A DNA stretch of 64,000 nt, from positions 29,140,001-29,204,000 of the forward strand of contig NC_135893.1 of NCBI RefSeq assembly GCF_964194155.1, written 5' to 3'. Each line of letters opens with the position of its first letter. The stretch's first letter is position 1. Below, in pieces: positions 24,831 to 38,322 of this stretch. Source of the DNA: Cetorhinus maximus. Lineage: Eukaryota. The translations under genes and the position numbers were made by a program. The notes beneath the pieces were generated by a model, which did no database searches, was not told the origin of the DNA, and saw nothing but the letters and a program-made list of their open reading frames with translations.

Positions 24831-26244
24831 CGCCCAAATCATGGTCTTGTACTGATAGAAAAGATAAAACCGCTGCGACCTGTCAAGGGTGGATAATATT
24901 CTTCCGATCAGGTGTACAGAGTGTGAAAATTGCAGGAAGAGGATGCGAGGCCTTCATTGCACAGACTGACCCAACCGGTCTTCACAGTGTAAGATTAACA
25001 CTGAACTCTATTAAGACCTTTTTTTGTAGTATAGGGAAGTAGGAAAATGTAGTAATAGGACATAATATGAATTGATGTCAAGGTAGAAGGAAGATGAGAA
25101 ATAACGGCAAGCTTTTAGAAAGACACTTCCTGCAGCTGAAAGCTAAACGCCTTTAGCCCAAAGCTGCTCGTGTAAACTAAAAGGCTGGAATGCTGTTATA
25201 TATTCATCGACTTGTTTTATATTTATAAATCTTACAGCAATGCAGAGGTGACACTAAAAGTGTGCAACAGGTTTAATTGCAGGAGTTTTAAAATGTCTCT
25301 GCAGTCACAAAATGCCTACACTCATGCTGACAGCTCAGCTTCTGGTAGCTTTTGTGATGTCTGTTTACTTTGTTCTGAGTCCACACCCAGGTTTAACCAA
25401 TCAAACACAGTGAGCATAGATCAGTTACCACACTCACATAATCAAACACAGAACAATAGAACAATTGAAATGCAGGGGCCTAATTGTTTGAGATAAGGAA
25501 CCACAGGATGGTCTCGGTGTAGTTATGTAAGAAAGAACTTGCATCTATATAGCACCTTTCAATGCCTCAGGACATCCCAAAGTGCTTTACTGCCAGTGAG
25601 GTACTTTTGAAGTGTAGCCACTGCTCTAATAAATGAAACAAAATCTAATTGGCACAAGGGAATAGTTATCTTTAATCATCATAAGTCATAACTATTTCTT
25701 CCACTGTGATTCTCTGATTAGAAGAGATGCTGAAGAACAGAACGGTCACCATCTTGAATCTCATATCCAATTCAACAATTGCACTGAATTGTTTGCTTTC
25801 TCCTCCTGAAGGTCCTACCAGGGATTAATTAGCCAGAACTAGGTGGCAGAAGACAATCATTGTATACTCTCAGGTAGGGAAGGACTGAGGTGGGCACACT
25901 GAGCATAAACATACTTTGCAGCAGTGTCAGTGGAGCTGTTGGCACTGCCAGTTCATCTCTGCATAATTGGTTGTGAAAGTTAGCTGCAATCTCCTGCTAT
26001 TAATTGCAAGGGTTCAATAATTGAGGAGTTCAATGGCTACTTTTAGAACGTGGATGGAGTTATAGCTGCAGGATCATTGTCTCCCTAGTGAAACATAGGT
26101 GGCAAAAGACTATCTCCTCACACATGCATCTTGGTGCTTGGGCTAGGGAAGGTTACCTCAGGTATAAATGTATTGTCAACTTTAGATACTCTTCTCCTTT
26201 ATCTAAACTCAGAAAATATAGATGTGTCCTGTAATTTAAAAATA

Positions 26245-26465
26245 AAATCATTCTTGGGACATGTGTGTCACTGGCGAGGCCAACATTTATTGCCCATCCC
26301 AAATTGCCCTTGAGAAGATGGTGGTGAGCCACTGCAGTCCATGTGGTGTAGGTACACCCACAGTGCTGTTAAGGAGGGGATTCTAGGATTTTGACCCAGC
26401 GACAGTGAAGGAACAGCGATATAGTCCCAAGTCAGGATGGTGAGTGGGCTTGGAGGGGAACTCAA
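26245..26465 (-). mobile_element. 3' fragment of the tRNA-headed LINE family
   Basis: Near match to 4310-4530. Confidence 0.8.
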
Positions 26466-27977
26466 TACAATGAAAACAATGCAAAAAATGAAACAGAATA
26501 AATTACATGTCCTGCACTTCCTTTTAAGGGAGAAATCTCCAGAGTGTTTTCAAAGGTCCTTCAGCACAGTGGCTGCTTAACTGTGGTGGAGGGTGGGGGC
26601 GGGGGGTAGTGTCAGTGTGCTTCAGTGTTGTCAGTGTATTCCTGGCACTGGAAATAAAGCTAACAAGTCATCGACAATAATAGTTAAATTCTCAATGAGA
26701 ATGTTACCTTCCCCTTACCAGCATCATTCACCCCACCCCCCAACCCACCCTCGCGGCCTGACTGAAGAATAGCGCTCTGTGCTCATTGGGTGAGGCACAG
26801 GCCTAAGGCCTGTTCATCTGGTCATGGGCCTCCTGCTTACCTGGTCACTACTGCTGATGAATTGAAGTGTCCAGCTAACCCTGCTGTAAGGCGGCTGTGA
26901 GATTTTCTAATCTGTGCAACGTTAATGCTGATGATAATCCTGTCTAACGCTGAAATCCCAGAAACACTAGTGCTGCATTTCCCCTTCTGGTGTCTAGCCT
27001 CTATTTGCTTCTGGTGCCACACACGAAATCAGGAGCTCACTCTGTGGAGAACCATGGCCCCAGACCTACATCCCACTGCCCTATGGCAAAATGGTCCTCA
27101 AGAAACACGTTGTTTTGGATTGTGGCCCATGACAAGAATGGGGAAAAGACAGCATGATGTATGTGCACAATAAAGGGATCACCAACCATACTCTTGAGAG
27201 GGGCATTTGTGAGCAGGAGGTCATGCCATGAAGGGAATCAAGGGATACGCGGAGAGGGTGGGAAAATGGAGTTGGGTTCGAAGACCAGCCATGATTGTAT
27301 TGAATGGCTGAGCAGAGCTCAAGGGGCTGAATGGCCTACTCCTCTTTCTACTTTTTTTATAAAGCCTTCAGGAATATGTCCAACAAAAGTTGGCAACACT
27401 ATCCTATCTAACAGCAGCCAGGAGCTGAAAAATCAGTAAGACTGTTGGTTTTGTGAGCATCTGATATGGCCTGAAGCAAATCTTAATGAATTCTGAGGCC
27501 ATTGCTACTTGATTGTCTGAGATGATATTTTACTGCCCATACCATCAACATGTCATCTCCACTTGTGAATTAAGAATCACCAGCAATGTGACAGCTGTGA
27601 AATGTTTTTCAGCATTATCCCCGCATGACTGAAACATTGATCCTGTGAGAATGAATTTGTGTCAGAGTTAAAGAAATAGATTGCGTTCATGTGCTCTGAT
27701 TGGTCTCTGAACGGTTCTTGTTCTGTGACAACACTGAGGTCAGTCTGTATCATTATTGGCCAGTGACATTATCTCAACTAACATTGAATGCTGACCGGCG
27801 AATCTAGATCTAGGATAGCCTGAGGCCCTTCATCAGTCAGTGAGATTCAGTTATACCCAGCTAATCACCACAGGGGAATGGTTTTGAGACTCTGTGCTCA
27901 GCCTCTGCTTGCTGAAGGTCTCAGAAAAGTTAGCTGTGTAACAGCTGGGGGCGGGGGGAGGGGGGTGGGGGGTGCGG

Positions 27978-28626
27978 GGAGGGTGGTGGTGGCAGGGTAG
28001 CATTGTTACTGGACCGGAATAATGCTTCAGGGGCATGAGCTCAAATCTCACCACGGCAGCTGGAAGGAATTTAAATCTATTTTAATCAAATAAATCAATT
28101 ATAAAATGCTAATCTGAGCAACGATAATCATGAAACTACCAGGTTGTCATAAAAACCCATCTGGTTCGCTAATGTCCCTTTAGGAAAATAAATCTGCTGT
28201 CCACCTTGATCTGGCCTACATGTGACTCCAGACCCACTTAAATTGGCCTAGATGGCCACTCAATTCTAAGTGGCTCATCGCCACCTTCTCAAGGGCAATT
28301 AGGGATGGGTAATAAATGCTGGCCTAGACAGTGACACTCACATCCCAATATTGTAAGGTTATATATTGTCTTATGAAGAGGTCTGGAGGCTTGTATGGTT
28401 GAACAATAACTGTTTATTAATAACACATAACTCCATTAATATACACAGGATACAGTCCTGACTATGGGCTATCTTCATGTCAACTTCTACCAGACTCACT
28501 GCTACACTCTACTACTCCTATGTGACTGTCCACATCATAATGTGGGTGGTGCTGTTTCCCCAGTCCCACATTAACCCTTACCATCCCGCACACCCTAATA
28601 TTACACCCAAGAATGAACTTTTAAAA
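27978..28626 (+). mobile_element. SINE (tRNA head + LINE 5' UTR + LINE tail), interrupted by a solo LTR
   Basis: Head tggcagggtagcattgttactgga...gagctcaaatctcaccac, middle aaaaacccatctggttcgctaatgtccctttagg, tail ccaccttctcaagggcaattagggatggg...catcccaa|gaatgaa. Confidence 0.8.
28349..28605 (-). mobile_element. Short solo LTR (Gypsy-like)
   Basis: 5-bp TSD CCCAA (28344-28348, 28606-28610) and right end ...ttaca. Shares the gggttaa(t/c)gtgggactg motif with 53400-53648. Confidence 0.75.
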
Positions 28627-28979
28627 AGCAGGCCATTTCATCATCAATATTTGTCAATTTGTCTATCTGTGTGGCAGTCCATTCATTGGACCGTTCATTC
28701 ATTCATTTGTCTGTCCACTGCCCGCCCACCTGTCTAGCTATATCAATACACCTGGGTACAGTACCATCTAATATCGGTGAGCTGTTCATGTTGGAGCAGC
28801 TGGTCCCTTGGAGGTCACAAGTGAGGGAAGCTGGGATGCAAGTAGCAGCACCCCTTTCCCACATCTCTTTGAAATATGACCCACTCTAATGCCCTGAAGT
28901 AAACAAATTCCATCACCTCTGAGATCTCAAGTTCACAGAGCAGAGCAGCCCATTGTATCTTTGCTAGCTATAATGAAGC

Positions 28980-29430
28980 AAAGAAAGACTTGCATTTATA
29001 TAGCTTCGTTCACAACTTCAGGACATCCCAAAGCATTTTACTGTCAATAAAGAACTTTTGAAGTGTAGTCACTGTTGTAATGTTGGAAATACGGCAGCCA
29101 ATTGGCACATAGCATCACCCCACAAAAAGCAATGAAATAATGACAAGTTAACCTGTTTTAATGATAATGGCTGAGAGATAAATATTGGTCAGGACCCTGG
29201 GGAGAACCCTCATGCTCTTCTTTGAAATAATGCCATCTTTTATATCCACAAAACAGACAGGGTCTCGGTTTAGCTTTACATACAAATGACAGCATCTCTG
29301 ACAGTGCCGCACTCCCTCAGTACTGCACTGGAGCATCAGCCTAGATTCTGTGCTCAAGTCTCTGGAGGGGGCGCTTGAGCCCACAAGCTTTTGAGTCAGA
29401 AGCAAGAATGCAGCCAACTGAGCCCCAGCC
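28980..29430 (-). mobile_element. Complete DeuSINE
   Basis: Head ggctcagttggctgcattcttgc...ggctcaagcgcc, Deu domain and tail ctatataaatgcaagtctttctt. Confidence 0.85.
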
Positions 29431-31009
29431 GAGTCTCCTTGAATAACTTAGTCATTTCTTTTCACTCCTCCTCAAAAAGGAATTTCAGAACTTTTACACT
29501 GAGTGTTCAGCCATCTGGGGGCACAGCTGATGAGGTGGAGGATGTTGCAATAGACAGTCAAAGCTAGTGATCTACTGTCTAACCACTCAGCAGGAAAACA
29601 TTCACTGAGCATTGGTAAGGACTTCCTCCTCCAGATGGCAGGATAATATCTGTCACAATCAGTGATTTATTCACAGACAGAGCTTACATATTAATTTCTA
29701 GCATTTACTTCAGTCCGAGCTGCAATACAGTGTAGTGAAGGAGCAATATACAATTCATTTTAGCTTCCTATTTGTTTTGGGAAGATGAATATTTTAGCAG
29801 CAGTAAATGGAACTTTTTCCTACTTCAGGTGCCCAGTGTCAGGATCAAGCACTTCTGGGTCACAAGGTTAGAGGTGAAGGAAAATTCCCTTCTGCCCCCA
29901 CTTAGCGCCTTAGGCCTAATTTCAGAAGCCTAGAAATGGAGCTACAAACAATCTTGGAAATTTAGGATCAAATCAGGGGTAACATTAGTGGGTGGGGGTG
30001 GGGGAGAGAATTTCCATTTTTAGTCACTCATGCATGTTTCTTCAGGTGTTTGCCTGCTATTCTCGGCATGAGGTTGGGAGAATCTGCCTGTAGAAATTGC
30101 AGTTTTCAATTCTTTCTGAATTGAAAAACCCTGGTGAAAAGCCAAGGTCCACACTGAGGGGGAACACCAAGGCTAACAATGTAAGAGAGAAGGCACAAAC
30201 AGTCAAAAGGTAGCTGACATCAAGCTTGGAGCTGTGCCATTTGCCATAAGAGTGCCAGCAGCTAACATGCACCATAGGGCTGGCAGTGCCAGTGTCAAAA
30301 TGGGCAGCTGTGCTCTCAAGTTCACTACCTCAGCCCTCCTTTCAGGAACACTGCAGTGCTGTCCTGTGAGGGACAGGAGAATGCCCTGAAGTGACAAACG
30401 GGGCCGTACTAATGCCACCTCATGCAGCAGCAGAGCCGCATCACAGTCATCAAAATTCCAGTATTTCATTTATGAAATACACTTGACAAAAGGAACACAT
30501 CGGGAATTTCCTTAGGGATTCTCCTGAACCCTTCTTGAGGGACTGATGGCAAGGCTTGCAGGCTTCTATAACCTTGACAGCTATGCTGGGAGGAGTATAA
30601 CTCCTGGTAGGGCCAGGCAGGTGGAAAGATTGGAGCTAGACACTGCACCAGGTAGGGAGATGGGTGGTGAATCAGGTTAATGACCATATCAAACGCTGCA
30701 GTTAGGGAGATAGTCCAGAGACAAGGGAGTCTGTTGCAGACTCGCAAATATAAAAATCAACCCTGGGGAACTCCTGGATTGAGGCAAGCAGATATGCCAA
30801 AGGAGTCTTGCTCTGGGCAGACAGCAATGGAAGAAATGGTTGTCTTGTGTGGTGCTAGGCAGAGGCGACTCTAACTGATCAGCTACAGTGGAAGGCCAGC
30901 AGAAACACAAATAGATGTGCAAACCCCAAAGAGACCTTGTTTACCTTGATCTCTGCTCCCATGTAGGACAATCATTGGACAAAGATCAAGTGAATGTTGA
31001 CAGAAATAA

Positions 31010-31305
31010 TTTATGTGGCACCTTTCACACCTATAGGACTTTCCAAAGAACTTCACAGCCAATTACATCCTTTTCAAGCCTAGTCATCATTTACTTCTAC
31101 AGCTAAACCCAATTTGTGCAGAGCAAGGTGCCACAAACAGCAATGGCCAGTTAATGTGCCTTGGTGTTGTTAGTTAAGTGATAAAAGTTGGCAGATGGGG
31201 CTTTAATTTAACATCTCCAACAATGAAGCATTCACCTTGTACTGTGTTGGAGTCTCAGCCTAGATTATGTGCCAATGCTAGATTGGGGCTTGAGTCGACC
31301 ACCCC
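31010..31305 (-). mobile_element. Degenerate DeuSINE
   Basis: ttatgtggcacctttcac...ccacaaacagcaatg...agcctagattatgtgc. Confidence 0.6.
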
Positions 31306-32009
31306 TCATTACAATGGATAGCAGTTAGCAAGAACTCTTCAAAAGTGACTTAGTTAGCAGCACAACTCACCAAAAAGCATGTATTGCCACTACCCTTCTG
31401 CCCACAGCATAGACACACATCATTACCCATTGAAGGGTGGTTCCGCCAGTTGGAGGTGCAGACCAGACTCATGTATCATAATTATCAAACAATGGAGTGA
31501 GCTGCCCCCTGCATGTTATTGGAGCTTTGGAGACAGACCAGTTACATAAAGAATGTTTCAAAATCATCGGACTCTGGCAAGTACAGAAGAAATCTTGAAT
31601 TTTTACTTGAGCTTTAACAATCATAAGCTGGACTTCCTCAACTCGCCACACGATGGTGCTCCATATCCATCAGTCTCCCAACTGCAGCCCATCACTTGCA
31701 TAGTTCATTAATTAAGCTGAACTTTATCAAAATTAAAAGGCAATGGCTGTCTATCTGTGCAGAACCAGTAATACTTTCACTTGTATTTATCTGTATTTAC
31801 TTTCTTTCAAGTACATATCTCTGACATACATTAAACAAGGCAGATAAGATCCAGAGGTAATGAGATTTTACACTCCTGGATAAATATCCTACAAGATCTC
31901 TGATTGTTGTATCATGTGCTATAAATTAACACTTCCCATGTGTTTGAAACAACGGAAAGATGAAGCAGCACAGAGTGAAGCTCGAGAACAATCTATTTTA
32001 ATATCGAAC

Positions 32010-32592
32010 ATCAGCCATTCTGAGGTTGTAGGTTGTGAGTTCGTCAAATTCTCAGGCATGAGGATGTAATGTAAGCTGACACTTCTGTGTGGGACTGAGG
32101 GAATGCTGTGCTGTCAGTGGTGATGTTATTAAAGGCCTCAGCTGCTGGCTTGTTCATGTTAGCTGTGGCTGTTAGCATTCTCACCTCTGACAGGTCATGA
32201 GCGCCAGCCCCATATTCCAGGAGGCTTAAGCACACAAACCAAGACTGACGCTCCAGTGTAACACAAAGGGAGTGCTGCGCTGTTGGGGGTGTCGTCTTTC
32301 AGATGAGAAGTTAAACCAAAGCCTGTCAGCTCTCTCAAGTGAATGTAGATCTTGTGGCTCTACTCAAAGACAGCAGGGGAGTACTGCTGCTGTCCTGGCT
32401 AATATTTATAAACACCTAAAACAGATTATCTGGCCGTTATCACATTGTTGTTCATAGGAGCTTGCAGTAAACAGTTTGGCTGCCGTGTTTCATTACAACT
32501 GTGTATAAAATTCAAAATACTTCATTGATTGAAAGGTGCTTTGGAAGTTCCAGAGGTCGTGAAAGGCCCTAAAGAAATACAAGTCTTCTTCC
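32010..32592 (+). mobile_element. DeuSINE (partial head followed by a near-complete copy)
   Basis: Two successive head segments, then gtgctgcgctgttgggggtgtcgtctttcagatgagaagttaaacc and tail gtcgtgaaaggccctaaagaaatacaagtc. Confidence 0.75.
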
Positions 32593-32799
32593 TTTATGCA
32601 TCCAGGCCTTCAGACCCGCACATGCTTGTCATGCATATCAATCTCCCATTCTTCCCCCACTGCCTGCGAGAGGCAAAAAAAGCAGAGATCTGCAAGCAAT
32701 TTAGGAGTCTTTGTAAAATTCCTCTCCCTTCCCAAAAGGGTTCACCTCAAAAAGCCCCAAACCTATTTATTAAGATATAAATTTCACAACTGTAAAGGA

Positions 32800-35460
32800 G
32801 AGTATTAGATTAAAAGAAGAGGCTTATAATGTTCACCAGAAGAGTAGTATGTGGGAGAGTCGTTAAGTAGAGAATTAGGAAAGCTTTAGAGACCAGCAAA
32901 AAGTGACCAAAACATTGATAAAGAGGGGGAAAATAGGAAATGAAAGTATATTGCAAGAAATATAAAAAACAGATTGTAAAAGCTTCTAATAGTATGTAAA
33001 AAGGCCAAGAGCAGTAAACATTAAACATGGGAGTACCTTCACACCACGGGGCTGCACCAGTTCAAGAAGGCGGCTGACAACTCAAGGGCAATTAGGAATG
33101 GGAAATAAATACTGGCCTTTCCAGTGATGCCCACATCCCATGAATGAATAGAAAGTAAATGGAAATGGGTAATAAGAAAATGGCATTTATGTTAAACAAA
33201 AATTTTGTATCTGTTTTCGCAGTAGAAGGTACAAAAATATATCAGGAATAGTGGAGAAACAAGGGTCTAATGAGAGTGAGGAACTCAAAGTAATTAATAT
33301 CAGTAAAGAAAATGTATTGGAGAAATTAATGGGACTAAAATCCAACAAATCCCCTGGACCTGATGGCCTACATCCTTCCATTCTAAAAGAGATAGTGGAT
33401 GCTTTGGTTTGGTCTTTCAAAATTCCCTAGATTCTGGATCAGTCCCCGTGGATTGGAAGATGGGAAATATAATCCGTTATTCAGGAACAAAGGGAGAGAG
33501 AAAACAGGCAACCACAGGCCAATTAGGCTGACATCAGTTGTCGGAAAATGCTGGAACCTATTATTAAGGAAATGTTAACAGGCACTTAAATATCATGATA
33601 TGACTAGGCAGAGTCAACATTGTTTTATAAAGGGAAAATTGTGTTTGACAAATCTATTAAGAGTGTTTTGAGGATGTAACTAAGGGGGTAGATAATGGGG
33701 AATTTGTGGATGTGGTTTACTTGGATTTTCAAAAGCCATTTGATACAGTATCCAGTAAAAGGTTATTACCCAAGATAAGGGCTCATGGGGTTGGAGCTAA
33801 TAACATGGCTTAGTTAAAGACAGAGAACATAGAGTAGGTATAAACAGGGCATTTTCAGGTTGGCAGGTTCTTACAAGTGGAAGAGTGAATGCTGTGGCCT
33901 CAACTATTTACAATCTATGTTAATGACTTGGATGAAAGTACTGAGAGTAATGTATTCAACTTTGCTGACAATTCAAAGCTAGGTGGGAAAGAAAGCTGTG
34001 AGGAGGACACAAAGAGTTTGCAAAGGGATATAGACAAGTTAAATGAATGGGCAAGAAGGTGGCAGATGGAGTATAATGTGGAGGAATGTGAAGTAATTCA
34101 CTTTGATAGGAAGAATAAAAAAGCAGAATATTTTTTTAAATGGTGAGAAGCTATTAAATCAAGTGTTCAGAGGGAATTAGGTGGATTTGTACATAAAACA
34201 CAGAAAGTTACCATGGAGACACAGCAAGGAAAGGAGATGGTATATTGGATTTATATTGCAAAGGGTTTGGAGTACAAGAGTTAGGAAGTCTTGTTGAAAT
34301 GTACAGAGTTTGGCTCTGAGGAGACAGCACCTGGAGTACTGTGCACAGTTTTGGTTCCCATACCTAAGGAAAGATATTCTTGCCTTAAAGGCAGTGTAAT
34401 GAAGGTTTACTAGTGTAATTCCTGGGATGAAATGGTTTTCCTATGTGGAGATATTAAGCAGAATGGGCATATTAAAGAAGGGACATACTTGCGTTGGAAG
34501 CAATTCAGAGAAGGCTCACTAGGCTGACTCCTTGGGATGAAGGGGTTGTCTTCTGAAGAAAGCTTGAGCAGGCTGGGTCTATTCTCATTGGAGTTTAGGA
34601 GAATGAGAGGTGATCTTATTGAAACATAAAAGATTCTGAGAGAGCTTGATAGGGTAGATGCTGAGAGGATGTTTCCCCATGTGGGGGAATCTAGAACTGG
34701 GGGGCACAATTTAAAAATAAGTGGTCTCCCATTTAAGATGGAGATGAGGAGGAATTTTTCTCTCAGAGGGTCATTAGTCCTTGGAATTCTCTTCTCCATA
34801 GAGCTGTGGAGTCTGGGTCATTGACAATATTCTAGGCTGAGTCAGACAGATTTTTGATTGAAAAGGTGTCAAGGATTATGGGGGAGTGGGAGGTGGGTAG
34901 GGTGGCGGTGGGGGGGTGGTGTAGGTGGGGGGTGGGTGTGCGGCAGGCATGAAAGTGGAGTTAAGGCCACAATCAGATCAGCTATGATCTTACTGGATGG
35001 TGAATCAGGCTCGATGGGCCAAATGGCCTACTCCTGCTCCTATCTTAAGATCTTATGATGTTCTGTGGAATTTAGATGAGTGAGAGGTGATCTCATTGAA
35101 AGATATAAGATTCTGAGAAGGCTTGACAGGGTAATCACTGAGAAATAGATTCCCCTGGCTCAAGTGTTAAAACTAGGGAGGGTAGTGTCAGGATAGGCGG
35201 TTGGCTATTTAGGACAGAGATGAAGAGAAATTTCTTCACTGAGAGGGTTGTGAATCATTAAGAGTTCTCTACCTCAGAGGCTGTGGTTGCTTATTCCAGT
35301 ATTTTCAAGGCTGAGGTTGAGAGATTTTTTGGACCCTAAAGGAATCAAGGGATACGGGGATGGGGCAGGAAAGTGGTGTTGAGGATCTTATTGATTGGCA
35401 GAGCTGGTTTGAGGGGCCATTTGACCTACTCCTGCTCCTATTTCTTATGCTCTTACGTTT
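32800..35460 (+). mobile_element. Decayed CR1 ORF2 with a nested second CR1 3' fragment (about 34474-35062) and a short LINE tail insert (about 33030-33150)
   Basis: KSPGPDGLHP, QLFTIYVNDLD, FADNSKLGG, and two complete CR1 3' UTRs ending near 35060 and 35455. Confidence 0.88.
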
Positions 35461-35479
35461 TTGGCCGAGGTGGTAAGGA

Positions 35480-35785
35480 AGAAAGACTTGCATTTAATCA
35501 TGACCAGCAGACGTCTCAAAGAGCTTTTCAGCCAATGAAGTACTTGTGAAATGTGGTCACTGTTGTAAGGTAGGAAAATACAGCAGCCAATCTGTGCACA
35601 GCAAGCTCCCACAAACAGCAATGTGAGAATGGCTAGATCATCTGTTTCTGTGTTGTTGATTGAGGGATAGATATTGGCCAGGATACCGGAGACAACTCCC
35701 TCTTCTTCTTCGAAATCATCTCATGGGATCAGTTACATCCACCTAAGAGGGCAGGGCCTCAGTTTAATGTCTTATCCAAAAGAGG
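35480..35785 (-). mobile_element. DeuSINE 3' portion
   Basis: agaaagacttgcattt...gcaagctcccacaaacagcaatg...gagggatagatattggccagg. Confidence 0.8.
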
Positions 35786-36149
35786 GCAGAAACCAGGCCA
35801 GGAGGATTGGAACAGGGAGAAGTGGAAGAGGTGAGTGCCAAGCTAGGACGGCGGGTGAACATTGAGGAGCTTTGCGAACACTGTTTTTTCAAATTTATTT
35901 TTAAATTAACCTTCAACTGCAGCAAAACAGAAGGGCAACCCCACAAAGCAAGATGAAAATATATTCCCGCAGGTACTAAAAGCATAAGAGTGAGCAAAGA
36001 AACGAGAAAAAGGACACATCAGCAAAGGAGAGGCAGAAGATTTTAATCTGTCACTGTCTTGTGTTAACGTTAAGGCAATATATTGCCCTATACTGTCTGG
36101 GAGACCCTATCCCTCAGACTAGCCATATTCCCTCATATGACCTTATCTT

Positions 36150-36950
36150 TACCCACTTTGGTAGGGAAAACAGAAATTCAGAGTTTTTTTTTAATGGTGA
36201 GAAATTGGGAAGTGTTGATGTCCAAAGGGACTTAGGTGTCCTTGCTCATGAGTCACTGAGAGCTAATATGCAAGTGTAGTAAGCAATTAGGAAGGCAAAT
36301 GGTATGTTGGCCTTTATTGCAAAAAAATTTGAGTACAGGAGTAAAGATGTCTTACTGCAATTTTATAGAGCCTTGGTGAGACCGCACCTGGAGTATTGTG
36401 TACAGTTTTGGTCCCCTTATCTAAGGAAGGATATACTTGCCATGGAGGGAGTGCAACGAAGGTTCACCAAACTAACTCCTGGGATGGAGGGTTTGTTCTA
36501 TGAGGAGGGATTAGGGAGACTGGGCCTGTATTCTCTAGAGTTTAGAAGAATGAGAAGTGATTTCATTCAAACATACAAAATTCTAACAGGGCTCAACAGG
36601 GTAGATCCAGGAAGGATGATTCCCATGGCTGGGGCCAGACTAGAACCAGGGGGCACAGTCTCAGAGTAAAGGGCAGCCCATTTAAGACTGAGATGAGGAG
36701 GAATTTCTTCACTCAGAGGGTGTTGAATCTTTGCAATTCTCTACCACAGTGGGCTGTGGAAGCTCAGTCATTCAATACATTCAAGACAAATTGATAGCTT
36801 TCTAGATAGTAAAGACAACTAGGGATATGGGGATAGTGGGGGAAAATGGCTTTAAGGTACAAGATCAGCCATGATGTAACTGAAGGACGGAGCAGGCTCA
36901 AAGGGCCAAATGGCCCAATCCTACTCCTATTTCCTATGTTCCTATGTTCA
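36150..36950 (+). mobile_element. CR1 LINE 3' portion
   Basis: ORF 36304..36669 YRALVRPHLEYCVQFWSPYLRKDI, with tail ttcctatgttcctatg. Confidence 0.92.
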
Positions 36951-37647
36951 CATGAGCACCTCTTCCCATTGCTAATCTCCAGGCAGCCATCTGCTACCCA
37001 GCTAGCATTCCCAGTGTGAATACCGTTGCCAATCTACTGGAGGGTTGGTGTTCTAACACTGTTATCTCACTGATCAGTGTTGGCAAACACAGGGAGGTGG
37101 CGTGCAAATAGGTTTACATTCACCTTCAGGCTGGCTTCATTTACTGCTGTTCAACTCCCAGAAATGTTATAAAGTCGGCTGTCCCCTTGTTAATGCAGTT
37201 CCGTCTGTTTTTATCCAGCTCAGGGTAGAATTATGGCACCTGCTATTTTCGCCCCTCCTCTCACGTCCTGGGTCATGGTTTCAACAACCCTTCACTACCT
37301 CAGCCAGCTGCCCATTCTTATTGGCTGGGCCTCTGGCCGTGAGTGTTGGCAGGTGATTTGGCATTTGGAGGCATCGCAGTCATCATGTGGCATCCACATG
37401 TGCACTTGGCAGCAGCAATTCACTGGGCTGATGATCAGGGACAGGAAACCAGGCTGATTTCTTCCTTCTCCTAGATCAGGGGCAGTGAGACCGAGAGGGT
37501 ATCTGTATCAGGAAAGACTAAACAGCTTGCCGCTCTTTTCTCTAGGAAAGAGAATGCTTTAGTGTTGACCCGATAGAGGTCATTAAAATTACAAAGGGTA
37601 TTGATTGGGGTAGATGTAGAGAAGGTTTTAAAAAGTATGTATACATA

Positions 37648-38322
37648 GGGCAGAATGTTATGTCCCGCAGGCGGGTGTGTGCCCGACCCGATCGGGTGTA
37701 AAATAGCGGGTGATGATGTTGGGCAAGCGTCCCGATGTCATCGCGCATTCGTGTGATATTTTGGTCGGCGGGTGCGCTGCCGACAATTGAAAGGCCTATT
37801 AAGGCCATTAAAGTAACAATTGATGACGATTTTTCACTGCCCGTCAAACTTTACAGTTGGCAGGTGGGAGAATTGGCCTGGCGGCCTTTGCATTTTTGAG
37901 GAAACCTCATCCAAGGGCAGGATGAGGTTTCCGATATTAATTTTAAAAAATGTTTGGGCAGGATTTTTATAATCCATATGTTTAGGTGAGTGAGTCCGAT
38001 GTGTGGACCTTTTTTTCTGCCTTTTAAAATCTTTATTTGACGGTTTTAAATCCTTCAGCTCCCTGAGGCTCTGCCTTCAGGGAGCTCTCATTGCGCACTC
38101 CCCCACACCCACGCTGACTTCAGCACTCACCCTCCTCCTGCCCCCACCCCGGCAGCACTGAGGCTTTCAGCATTCCTTGCACGCTGGCTGGTCATTAACT
38201 GGCCAGCCTGTGTGAAATCGCGGTTGGAGGCCGATCGTGGAGGGGGCTGTTTCCCGGTCACTCCTGGGCCCACCCACCGCACCCACCCATCGCACCCACC
38301 CGATGACCTCAAAATTCTACCC
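37648..38322. mobile_element. PIF/Harbinger-type MITE
   Basis: TIRs gggcagaatgtt / aaaattctaccc and 3-bp TSD ATA (37645-37647, 38323-38325). Relatively CpG-rich. Confidence 0.8.

Noticed and set aside
24528-24842. 104-aa ORF over an ancient CR1 remnant, considered as a possible exapted gene
   Set aside because: The ORF moves in and out of the CR1 reading frame, so its openness looks accidental.
30040-30950. Unique, coding-looking stretch after a good acceptor (ttcttcag)
   Set aside because: Stops in all frames and no recognisable domain.
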